Positions 32,551-41,386 of a DNA stretch of 46,014 bases are shown here, piece after piece; position 1 is the stretch's first letter, and each line of letters begins with the position of its first letter. A model generated the notes under the pieces. The model ran no database searches, had not been told where the DNA came from, and saw nothing but the letters and a program-made list of their open reading frames with translations. This DNA comes from Deltaproteobacteria bacterium. Lineage in GTDB: Bacteria; Desulfobacterota; GWC2-55-46; DRQE01. The position numbers and the translations under genes are program-made. The stretch is taken from the NCBI GenBank assembly GCA_016219105.1, contig JACRCI010000047.1, forward strand, positions 1 to 46,014. The letters run 5' to 3'.

Positions 32551-33705
32551 ATGAATTCAGCGATAGAAAAGACCCTTAAAAAGATCAAGGACGAAGGACT
32601 TTTCCGCTCCCTCACCCTCATAGAGGGGCCGCAGTCTCCGCGCGTAAGGATCAGCGGAAAAGAGGTTCTGTGTCTCTGCTCCAACGATTACCTGGGGCTT
32701 GCGAACCACCCGGAGGTCAAAGAGGCGGCGATAAAAGCGACGGAAAGATACGGCGCCGGGGCAGGCGCGTCGAGGCTCACCTCCGGCGCGATGGAGCCGC
32801 ACAGGGAGCTTGAGGACAGGATAAAAAGATTCAAAAAGGCCGAGGCCGCCCTGGTCTTCAATTCCGGCTGGCACGCCAATACCGGCATTATCCCGGCCAT
32901 GGCCGGCAGGGGCGCGGACGTCTTCTCCGACAGGCTCAATCACGCGTCCATCATAGACGGCTCGATCCTCGGCAGGGCGAACCTCAGGCGATACCCGCAC
33001 GGCGACGTAAACGCGCTTGAAGGCCTTCTCGGAAGATCAACGGCCGAACGGAAACTCATCGTGACGGACGGCGTTTTCAGCATGGACGGCGACGTCGCGC
33101 CGCTCAAGGAGATTATAGCCCTTGCCGAAAGGCATGGCGCCATGGTCTTTCTCGACGACGCGCACGCCGTCGGATGTATCGGTAAAAACGGAAGGGGCAC
33201 CCTCGAACACCTCGGCATCGAACGCCGCCAGTCTGTAATCGAGGCCGGAACGCTCGGAAAGGCCTTCGGGTCATACGGCGCGTTCGTAACCGGCGGCAGG
33301 GAACTCATGGAACTTCTCATGAACAGGGCGCGCAGTTTCATCTACTCGACCGCCCTGCCGCCGGGCGTATGCGCTGCAAGCTCAAAGGCGATAGAGATAG
33401 CCGGAAGGGAGCCTCAGAGGAGAAAAAGACTTTCGGAAAACGCCGCCTTCATGAGGGACGGGCTGAGAAAAAACGGCTTCGACACGCTCAAAAGCTCGAC
33501 CCACATAATCCCGCTTGTAACGGGCAAAGCTCAAAGGACAATGGAGATAACGGGAAGGCTCCTCGACAGCGGCGTTTTCGTGCAGGGCATCCGTCCGCCG
33601 ACAGTGCCGCAGGGGACATCCAGACTCAGGATAACGGTCAGCTCGGAGCATAAACCCGCGGACCTCGAACGCGCGATCGAGGTCATCGCAAGGGCCTGCG
33701 AATGA
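32551..33705 (+). CDS. bioF: 8-amino-7-oxononanoate synthase
   Basis: SNDYLGLA, NHASIIDG, DGVFSMDGD, DDAHA, GTLGKAFG and IRPPTVP motifs. Confidence 0.96.
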   Translation: MNSAIEKTLKKIKDEGLFRSLTLIEGPQSPRVRISGKEVLCLCSNDYLGLANHPEVKEAAIKATERYGAGAGASRLTSGAMEPHRELEDRIKRFKKAEAALVFNSGWHANTGIIPAMAGRGADVFSDRLNHASIIDGSILGRANLRRYPHGDVNALEGLLGRSTAERKLIVTDGVFSMDGDVAPLKEIIALAERHGAMVFLDDAHAVGCIGKNGRGTLEHLGIERRQSVIEAGTLGKAFGSYGAFVTGGRELMELLMNRARSFIYSTALPPGVCAASSKAIEIAGREPQRRKRLSENAAFMRDGLRKNGFDTLKSSTHIIPLVTGKAQRTMEITGRLLDSGVFVQGIRPPTVPQGTSRLRITVSSEHKPADLERAIEVIARACE

Positions 33706-34565
33706 AGCCGCCGGCCAATCAGCCGTCCACGACGGCCCACCAGCCGCTCTCAGCGGCCAAGAAAATCTTTGTCCACGGATGGGCGACCGACAGCCGCGTC
33801 TGGCGGGAATTCATAAAAGACCCGTCGAGGACGGCTGGCGGGCCGGCGAGGCCGGCTGGTGGGGGCGAAGACGCCGTCGCCGTAAATCTTCCCGGTCATG
33901 GCGACTGGCCCTCCGGTCATGACAATCAGCCAGCCGGCGGGAAAAAATGGGACTCGCCGACATTCGCGCCTGCGATTGAAGCGCTCCTCGGCTCTGCGCC
34001 GGACTCTATCGGCATAGGCTGGTCGCTCGGGGGGGAGATACTGATGCACCTCGCCTCAACCAACGCCGTAAGGTTCCGGGGGCTTATCCTTGTCTCCACC
34101 ACGCCGTCTTTCATCGAGCGCGACGGCTTTCCGTGGGCACAGAAAAAGGCCCGCGTCAAAAAAATGCTCGCGGACATGGGGAAAAACCCGGCCGAGACGC
34201 TCAAGAGGTTTTATGCCCTGAACTTCACGGAAGAGGAGTTCCTCACCGCCAGGGCAAAGGGTTTCTTAAAACTCTACTCAGGGCATCCTCAGAGCGCCCT
34301 TAATTATGACTATGACGGACTGACGTTGGCCCTTAAGGCGCTCATGGACGCGGACCTGAGGGATGGGCTGAGAAAAATCACCGTGCCCACGCTTATCATG
34401 CACGGCTCACTGGACAATGTCTGCCCGATAGGGGCGGCCCATTATCTGAAGGAGAATATCACCGGGGCTACGCTCAGGATATTTGAAGGCGCGGGACACG
34501 CGCCATTTATCACCCGCCCGGAGGAGTTCAGTAAAGCCGTGTCCGGTTTTACGGAGGGGATATGA
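33702..34565 (+). CDS. bioH: Pimeloyl-ACP methyl ester esterase (BioH-like alpha/beta hydrolase)
   Basis: VHGWA, LPGHG, GWSLGG (Ser), GSLD (Asp) and AGHAPF (His); lies in the bio operon. Confidence 0.85.
   Translation: MKPPANQPSTTAHQPLSAAKKIFVHGWATDSRVWREFIKDPSRTAGGPARPAGGGEDAVAVNLPGHGDWPSGHDNQPAGGKKWDSPTFAPAIEALLGSAPDSIGIGWSLGGEILMHLASTNAVRFRGLILVSTTPSFIERDGFPWAQKKARVKKMLADMGKNPAETLKRFYALNFTEEEFLTARAKGFLKLYSGHPQSALNYDYDGLTLALKALMDADLRDGLRKITVPTLIMHGSLDNVCPIGAAHYLKENITGATLRIFEGAGHAPFITRPEEFSKAVSGFTEGI
33715..33756 (-). repeat. Two tandem 21-nt repeats (minus orientation) in the bioH N-terminus
   Basis: Minus strand reads CCGCT-GAG-AGCGG-CTGGTGGG + CCGTC-GTG-GACGG-CTGATTGG. Confidence 0.8.
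33822..33863 (+). repeat. Two tandem 21-nt repeats in frame within bioH
   Basis: CCGTCGAGGACGGCTGGCGGG + CCGGCGAGGCCGGCTGGTGGG, encoding PSRTAGG-PARPAGG. Confidence 0.85.
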
Positions 34566-35368
34566 CCGGGGCGTTCGATAAGGGGATTATAAAAAGGGCC
34601 TTTTCAAAGGCCGCGGCCACGTATGACTCGCACAGCGGCCTTCAGGGCGAAACGGCCCGGGAGGTCTCGGCCCTCCTGCCGCTTGAGCCCGGGGTTATCC
34701 TCGACGCCGGGTGCGGCACTGGCGGCGTGATGGAATACGTAAAGGCGCTTAGCCCTTCGGCCCAGGTCTACGGCTTTGACATCGCGCGGGCCATGCTCGG
34801 TATAGCGGGCGGAAAACCGGCACTCAAGGGGGCAAGGCTCGCCTGCGCGGACTGCGAGAGCCTGCCGTTTAAAGATTCCTCCTTTGACGCCGTGGTGTCA
34901 AACATGGCCTACCAATGGGTCGAGTACCCGGAGGGGGCGTTTGGCGAGGCATGGAGGGTTTTAAGGCCAGGCGGGGTCTTTATCTTCTCGACCCTCGGCC
35001 CGGGGACGTTCATTGAACTCCGGCGCTCCATTGAGGAAGCGGAAAGACTTACCGGCAGGAACGGTCTGCCGCGACTCATGGATTTCGCGGACGCGGAGGA
35101 ACTCCTGAAGGCCCTTGAAGCCGCCGGCTTTGGAGGTATAAAGATGGAAGAGAGAAAGAGAGAGAGGCGCTACAACGACCTCCGCGAACTCCTGAGGACG
35201 CTTAAGTTCATCGGCGCCGTAAACCCTTCATCCGGCGGCAAAAACACGCTGTCAAGGGGCTCTACCCTCAAGGAGACATCAAAGATATACTTGACCGCCT
35301 TCCCTTACCCTGAAGGCGGGATACGCGCGACATACGACGTAATCCTCGCGACGGCATATAAAACTTAG
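34562..35368 (+). CDS. bioC: Malonyl-ACP O-methyltransferase
   Basis: FSKAAATYD, ILDAGCGTG, SNMAYQW, LRPGG and STLGPGT..EL motifs. Confidence 0.92.
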   Translation: MTGAFDKGIIKRAFSKAAATYDSHSGLQGETAREVSALLPLEPGVILDAGCGTGGVMEYVKALSPSAQVYGFDIARAMLGIAGGKPALKGARLACADCESLPFKDSSFDAVVSNMAYQWVEYPEGAFGEAWRVLRPGGVFIFSTLGPGTFIELRRSIEEAERLTGRNGLPRLMDFADAEELLKALEAAGFGGIKMEERKRERRYNDLRELLRTLKFIGAVNPSSGGKNTLSRGSTLKETSKIYLTAFPYPEGGIRATYDVILATAYKT

Positions 35369-35371
35369 CCC

Positions 35372-36754
35372 TTGAAGCTTAAAAAAGCAAATAGCGGACG
35401 GCTCAAAAGGCTCGACAGGCTCCACGTCTGGCATCCATTCACGAGGATGCGGGAGTGGGTGGAGTCCGACCCGGTCATAATAGAAAGGGGCGAGGGCTGC
35501 CACCTTATAGACACCGAGGGGCGGCGTTATCTCGACGGCGCCTCGTCTCTGTGGGTCATTGTGCACGGCCACAGGAAAAAAACAATTGACGAAGCGATAA
35601 AAAAACAGCTCGATAAAATCGCGCACTCAACGCTCCTCGGCCTCTCTAACGTCCCTTCCATAGAGCTTGCGGAAAAACTCGTAACCCTCGCCCCGAAAGG
35701 GCTTACAAGGGTCTTTTATTCGGACGACGGCTCGACCGCCGTGGAATCCGCGCTCAAGATGGCCTTCCACTACTCAAAGGCAAGGGATAAAAACACGCGG
35801 AAGGAAAAGTTCCTCGCCTTTACAGGCGCGTACCACGGCGACACCTTAGGCGGGATGAGCGTAGGCGAGATAGACGTCTTTGTCGAAAGGTACAGGCCTC
35901 TTCTTTTCAAGGCGCTGCGCGCGCCATACCCATACTGTTACAGGTGTCCGGTCAAAAAGAAATACCCCGACTGCAAGATTGCCTGCCTCGATAAGCTGAA
36001 GGATATCCTTGAAAGGCGCGGCCCTGAGATAGCCGCGTGCATAATAGAGCCGCTCATGGAGGGGGCCGCCGGCATGATCTCCGCGCCTCCAGGGTTCTTG
36101 AAAGGGGTAAGACGGCTTACGGAAAAATACGGCGTCCTCCTGATAGCCGATTGCGTGGCGACCGGATTCGGAAGGACCGGCGCGATGTTCGCATGTGAAC
36201 ACGAGGGGGTAAGCCCGGACCTTATGTGCCTCGCCAAGGGCATGACCGGCGGGTACCTGCCGCTTGCCGCGACCCTTTCGACCGAGAGGATATACAGGGC
36301 GTTCCTCGGGACCGTAAAAGACCCTGACGCCTTCTATCACGGGCACACCTATACCGGCAACCCGCTCGGCTGCGCCGCGGCCCTGGCGAACATAAGGATA
36401 TTCGAAAAGGAGCGGGTGTTGGAAAAAATGCACCCTAAGGTACGCCTTCTCGAAAGACTCCTCAATGAATTCCGCTCCCTCGGACACGTCGGCGACGTAA
36501 GGCAGCGGGGCCTGATGGCCGGGGTCGAGCTTGTAAAGGATAAAAAGATGAAAGAACCCTATCCGTTCCAACTGCGCATCGGGCATAGGGTCTGCCTCAG
36601 CGCGAGGGATAAAGGGGTCATCGTAAGGCCACTCGGAGACACCATCGTCATAATGCCCCCGCTGAGCATAACCGCGGGCGAGCTTAAAATGCTCGCGGGC
36701 GTAATACGCGATTCGATCGAAGAGGTTACGGGGCAGGAGGTATGCGAAGAATGA
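35372..36754 (+). CDS. bioA: Adenosylmethionine-8-amino-7-oxononanoate aminotransferase
   Basis: VWHPFT, SSLWV, SDDGSTAVE, YHGDT, TGFGRTG, AKGMTGGYLP and HGHTYTGNP motifs. Confidence 0.95.
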   Translation: MKLKKANSGRLKRLDRLHVWHPFTRMREWVESDPVIIERGEGCHLIDTEGRRYLDGASSLWVIVHGHRKKTIDEAIKKQLDKIAHSTLLGLSNVPSIELAEKLVTLAPKGLTRVFYSDDGSTAVESALKMAFHYSKARDKNTRKEKFLAFTGAYHGDTLGGMSVGEIDVFVERYRPLLFKALRAPYPYCYRCPVKKKYPDCKIACLDKLKDILERRGPEIAACIIEPLMEGAAGMISAPPGFLKGVRRLTEKYGVLLIADCVATGFGRTGAMFACEHEGVSPDLMCLAKGMTGGYLPLAATLSTERIYRAFLGTVKDPDAFYHGHTYTGNPLGCAAALANIRIFEKERVLEKMHPKVRLLERLLNEFRSLGHVGDVRQRGLMAGVELVKDKKMKEPYPFQLRIGHRVCLSARDKGVIVRPLGDTIVIMPPLSITAGELKMLAGVIRDSIEEVTGQEVCEE

Positions 36755-37455
36755 AAAAAGCCTTTTTCATAACCGCGACCGACACCAACGCCGGGAAGAC
36801 GTTCGTTGCTTCCGCCCTCGCCAAAGCCGCAAGGCAAAGGGGAATGGATGTCGGGGTGATGAAGCCGGTTGAGACCGGCTGCCCCCTGAAGAATGGGAAA
36901 CCCCTCCCCCTCGACGCCGTGAGGCTTAAGGAGGCGGCGCGTTCGTCCGACCCCCTCGACCTCATAAACCCTTACAGGTTCCCCCTCTTGCTCGCGCCTT
37001 CCATTGCCGCGAGGATAAGCGGCAAGCGGATAGATTTCCGGAGGATAAAAAAGGCGTTTGAAACGCTTTCCGCGGGACACGACGTAATGTTCGTCGAGGG
37101 CGCCGGCGGGCTGGCCACCCCCCTTGCCGGCGACAAGACGACCCTCGACCTTATACTCTTTCTCGGCATACCCGCGATAATAGTCTCCCCCTCGAGGCTC
37201 GGCTGCATAAACTCCACCCTCCTCACCCTCGTATATGCCATGAACTCAGGCGTCGAGGTAAAGGGCGTGATACTCAACCATCCGACGGCCAAGACGGACT
37301 TAAGCGACGGGTTCAATTGCAAGGAGCTTGAAAGGTTCGGCGTGCCTGTAATAGGCGCGCTCCCCTTTTCTGAAAAAGGGGAGCGCGGTTTGCGGATAAA
37401 AAAGGCTGCGGGAGAGATGCTGTTTAAGCCGCGGCGTGGGCTTTTGTGTAGTTGA
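36751..37455 (+). CDS. bioD: Dethiobiotin synthase
   Basis: FITATDTNAGKT, MKPVETG, VEGAGG and LGCIN motifs; ATGA overlap with bioA. Confidence 0.93.
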   Translation: MKKAFFITATDTNAGKTFVASALAKAARQRGMDVGVMKPVETGCPLKNGKPLPLDAVRLKEAARSSDPLDLINPYRFPLLLAPSIAARISGKRIDFRRIKKAFETLSAGHDVMFVEGAGGLATPLAGDKTTLDLILFLGIPAIIVSPSRLGCINSTLLTLVYAMNSGVEVKGVILNHPTAKTDLSDGFNCKELERFGVPVIGALPFSEKGERGLRIKKAAGEMLFKPRRGLLCS

Positions 37456-39370
37456 GCGTGCCCCCGGCCTTTATAAGCTCAATCTGCCTCGGCGTAAATC
37501 CGTGTTTGAGCTTAACCTCGAAATTCTTCGTTACGTTTTTAAGGGTAAGGGTGTCTCCTGATGAAAGCCCGTTGGTAAGCCCATTGAGTTCAAGCGTATC
37601 GCCCGCCTCTATGCGGTCCGAATCAGCGGGGTTCGCGAACGTAAGGGGCAGTATCCCGAAATTAACGAGGTTGTCCTTGTGTATGCGGGCGAAACTCTTC
37701 GCGATGACCGCCTTTATCCCGAGATACATGGGACACAGGGCCGCGTGCTCGCGGGATGAGCCCTGTCCGTAGTTCTCCCCGCCAACGACGAACCCGCCCC
37801 TGGCCTCCTTCGCCTTCTCGTGGAACTTGGCGTCTATCGCCGAAAACACGCTCTCCGAGTACTTCGGGACGTTGCTTCTGTATTTAAGCCACGTGCCCGC
37901 CGGCGTTATATGGTCGGTGGTGATGTTGTCTCCGAGCTTTATCAGGACCGTACCCCGCAGGGAATCGGGAAGAGGACCCTGCACCGGAAGGGGCTGGATG
38001 TTCGGGCCCCTTTTCACCTCGACCCGCGAGGGGTCTTTCGCCGGAGGCACTATCATCGAGTCGTCCACGATATAGGTCTTCGGAAGCTTTATCCTGGGGT
38101 ATTTGCCGAGCTTTCGCGGGTCGGTCACGACCCCGTATATGGCGGCCGCCACGGCGACCTCGGGGCTGCACAGATAGACCCTGGCGTCCTTTGTGCCGCT
38201 GCGGCCCTCGAAGTTCCTGTTGAACGTCCTCAAGGACACCCCGGCCGAGGGAGGGGACTGTCCGTTGCCGATGCACGGGCCGCAGGTGTTCTCCAGTATC
38301 CTCGCGCCCGCCTCGATGAGGCTCGTAAGCCCCTTTGTGTGGGCTATCATGTCAACGACCTGCCTCGACCCGGGCGATACGGTCATGTTCACTTCTGGAT
38401 GGACCTTGTATCCGCCTTTTCTCAGGACCTCTGAAACGAGCATCAGATCCCTGTAAGACGAGTTGGTGCAGCTTCCGACGCAGACCTGGTCCACCTTCAT
38501 GCCCTCTATGTCGGACACCTTGCAGACGTTGTCCGGGCTGTGGGGCTGGGCGATGAGGGGCTCGAGCCTCGTCAGGTTTATCTCGATAGTCTCGTCGTAT
38601 TTGGCGTCTTCGTCGGCCTTGATCTCAACAAAGTCCTTGGCCCTGCCCTCGGCCTCTAAAAAAGCGGCCGTTACTTCGTCGCTCGGGAACAGGGACGTGG
38701 TTGCGCCGAGCTCGGCGCCCATGTTCGTTATGACGGCCCTGTCCGGCACGCTAAGGCTCTTTACGCCCTCCCCGTTGTACTCGAACACCTTGCCGACCCC
38801 GCCCTTGACCGTGAGCCTCCTCAGGAGTTCGAGGATTATGTCCTTTGCCGACACCCACGGCTTCAATTTCCCCTTGAGCTTTACGAGCACGACCTTTGGG
38901 AACGTGAGGTTGAAGGCCCCTCCCCCCATGGCCACGGCCACGTCCAGCCCGCCCGCGCCTATGGCCATCATGCCGAGCCCTCCGGATGTCGGGGTGTGGC
39001 TGTCGCTTCCGAGGAGGGTCTGTCCCGGGACCCCGAACCTTTCGAGATGGACCTGATGGCAGATGCCGTTGCCCGGCCTCGAGAAATAGATGCCGTATTT
39101 GGCGGCTATGGTCTGGAGGAACCGGTGGTCGTCGGCGTTTTCAAACCCGCCGTACTGGAGGGTGTTGTGGTCAACGTAACTAACCGAAAGCTAGGTCCTT
39201 ACCCTGTCAACGCCCATGGCCTCGAACTGTAGATAGGCCATGGTGCCGGTTGCGTCCTGCGTGAGGGTCTGGTCTATCTTTATGGCGACTTCCTTGCCGG
39301 AAACCGGCTCCCCCCCCTCGGATGACGTGAGGTGGCCTTCTATTATCTTCTGGGTTATGTTTTTGCCCAC
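37424..39370 (-). pseudogene. Aconitate hydratase (about 648 aa) interrupted by one in-frame TAG at codon 60 (pseudogene, sequencing error or readthrough)
   Basis: GTG at 39370 with AGGAGG RBS reads MGKNITQKII...DQTLTQDATGTMAYLQFEAMGVDRVRT*LSVSYVDHN...GNGICHQ...GSDSHT, continuing in frame into the 515-aa ORF (GSCTN, CGPCIG, NRNFEGR, TTDHI, GSSREHA). Confidence 0.85.
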
Positions 39371-39428
39371 GGCGTATCCTCCTCTGATTTTTCGGCTGTT
39401 ATTTCTATCTTATGGAAAGAAGGAGTCA

Positions 39429-39457
39429 AATTTACATAAATTCCGCGGGGATGTCAA
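39429..39457 (-). promoter_or_regulatory. sigma70-type promoter for the aconitase gene
   Basis: Minus strand TTGACA, 17 bp, TAAATT. Confidence 0.5.
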
Positions 39458-39528
39458 TATATCTTTAAAATATCCTTAAAGGAAAGACCGGGGCGCTTTC
39501 CGCGCTCTTGCGGGATATGCGTAAAACC

Positions 39529-40887
39529 TCACGCCCCGCTTGCGTTTATCTCCTTGAAGAGAAGGCCCGGAGAACCTGTCGAGCCCAAAAAGCGCGTATC
39601 CGTGCCAACGACCTCTACCTTTGAAAAAAGCTCAAGGAGCGTCCCTGCTATGGCTATGCCCCTTACCGGATGAACCGGACGGCCCCCCTCAACCCAAAAA
39701 CCCGAGGCCCCGAGGGAGAATTCCCCGCTTACCGGGTCTATCGTGTGCGCTCCCATGACGTCCGTTATGAAAAGCCCGCTGCCCATCCGCGTTAAAAGCT
39801 CATCCGAGGTATGAGGTTTTTTTCCTTTCTCTATGTAAAGGTTGGATATTCCAACGGAAGGCGTGCCCTTGAAGCCGCCCCTTTGCGCGTTGCCCGTGCT
39901 CGCAATGCCGGCCCTGCGGGCCCAGTAGGTGTCGTAGAGAAAACCCGCGCACACACCCTCTTTTACCAGAAAAGTCTTTTGCCGAGGAACGCCCTCGCAG
40001 TCATAGAGGGACGTTGACCATCCTCCGGGCATAAGCCCGTCGTCAACGATGCTGACTACGGGCGAGACCGCCATCTTTCCCTTTTTGTCAGCGAGCATGG
40101 ATTTGCCCTTCAGCACGTTGTCCGCGAGGAACGAACTTGAAAGGGCTTCCAGGAACTCTATCGCAACTGTATTTTCAAAAACCGCCGGACATTTCACAGT
40201 GCCTATGGGCCTGGCCCCCAACATGCCCACGGCCCTTTGCGCCGCGGCTTTCGCGATGGAGAGGCAGTCAACGTCCGCCCTTCTGTGCCCCATGCCGCAG
40301 TCCCATCCCATCTGCTGTTCACCGGCCTCCTCGGCGATAGCCACGACCGACCCGGAAAAAAACGTCCCGGAATAGGCCGCGTCAACCCCGGCCGAGTTTA
40401 CGGTCCGCGTCGAGACCGTGCTTTCGCTGTACGAGGCCTTCCTCACCCTCTTAACCCGTTGGTCCAACCCGAGCGCCTCCTTTTCCAGAGAGAGGGCGCG
40501 GCCGATATTTTCATCCTCGGTCGCAACGTCAAACGCCGGGTCTACTGTATCAAGAGGCCCTTTTGCAGAGGATACCGGAGAAGAGGGCAAAGGGAAAAAG
40601 ACGAAACCGTCCGCCGTTGCGCCGGTACTTCCGGACACGGTAAGGGACACCATCTCCCCAAGAGCGTCCTCCGTAAGGACGCTCGAAAAACCGAACCCGG
40701 GCCTTTTGTCCATGACGGTCCGAAGCCCGGCCCCCGACGCCGAGTGCACCCTCAGGGCGTCCACCTTCCCCTCCCTCACCTCGACCGTAAGCCCCCTTGA
40801 AGTCGAAAGGAATATCTCGTATGAGTCGGCCCTCCCTTTAAGAAGGCCGCGTATGACGTCAATGGTCCCGTTAAAACCCTTTTTCAT
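39529..40887 (-). CDS. pmbA: TldE/PmbA family protein
   Basis: YDCEGVP, STGNA.R, GEFSLGASGF and I.GTLLELF motifs; lacks the HExxH of TldD. Confidence 0.9.
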   Translation of the reverse strand: MKKGFNGTIDVIRGLLKGRADSYEIFLSTSRGLTVEVREGKVDALRVHSASGAGLRTVMDKRPGFGFSSVLTEDALGEMVSLTVSGSTGATADGFVFFPLPSSPVSSAKGPLDTVDPAFDVATEDENIGRALSLEKEALGLDQRVKRVRKASYSESTVSTRTVNSAGVDAAYSGTFFSGSVVAIAEEAGEQQMGWDCGMGHRRADVDCLSIAKAAAQRAVGMLGARPIGTVKCPAVFENTVAIEFLEALSSSFLADNVLKGKSMLADKKGKMAVSPVVSIVDDGLMPGGWSTSLYDCEGVPRQKTFLVKEGVCAGFLYDTYWARRAGIASTGNAQRGGFKGTPSVGISNLYIEKGKKPHTSDELLTRMGSGLFITDVMGAHTIDPVSGEFSLGASGFWVEGGRPVHPVRGIAIAGTLLELFSKVEVVGTDTRFLGSTGSPGLLFKEINASGA

Positions 40888-40914
40888 AACCGCCTTCCCG
40901 CGCGTATGTTGCGC

Positions 40915-41370
40915 TCAGGGCCTGATATCGATTATTACGGCGTTCTCGTCGCAGCTTGGGAACTTGGCGCACTTTATGCAGTCCCCCCATATCTTGTGCG
41001 GGAGTATCTCCTTTTCGACCGGCCTGAAGCCCATCTTCTCGAAGAACGCGGGCCTGTATGTAAGCGCGAAGACCTTTTTTACGCCCAGCGTCTTCGCCTC
41101 GCTGAGGCAGGCCTTGACAAGGGCGCGGCCCACGCCCCTGCCGGAGGCCTCCTCTTTTACGCAGAGCGACCGTATCTCGCCTATCTCCTCCCAGCATATA
41201 TGGAGCGCGCAGGTGCCGAGTATCTCGCCCCCTTCCTCATGGACGAAGAAATCCCGCAGGTTGGCGTAGACCTCCGCGAGAGGGCGGTGGAGCATGTCGC
41301 CCTTGCGGGCGAAACTCTCGACGATGGCGTATATCGCGTCTACGTCGTTTAAAACAGCCTTGCGTACCAA
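40915..41370 (-). CDS. GNAT N-acetyltransferase (short ArgA-like amino-acid N-acetyltransferase)
   Basis: EIRSLCV, GRGVG, VFALTY..FF.K.GF and LPHKIWGDCIKC.KFP.CDE motifs; TTG start after GGAGGG. Confidence 0.85.
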   Translation of the reverse strand: MVRKAVLNDVDAIYAIVESFARKGDMLHRPLAEVYANLRDFFVHEEGGEILGTCALHICWEEIGEIRSLCVKEEASGRGVGRALVKACLSEAKTLGVKKVFALTYRPAFFEKMGFRPVEKEILPHKIWGDCIKCAKFPSCDENAVIIDIRP

Positions 41371-41386
41371 ATCCCCTCCATCGCGG

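Noticed and set aside
26664-33863. Tandem 21-nt repeats as a possible CRISPR array
   Set aside because: Units are directly adjacent with no spacers, dispersed in CDSs, and there are no cas genes.
39310-39317. G8 tract near the aconitase 5' end as a phase-variation switch
   Set aside because: Short, in frame, and unremarkable in a GC-rich genome.
37424-39370. Genome-wide TAG reassignment
   Set aside because: Many genes in the window end at TAG at the expected family length.
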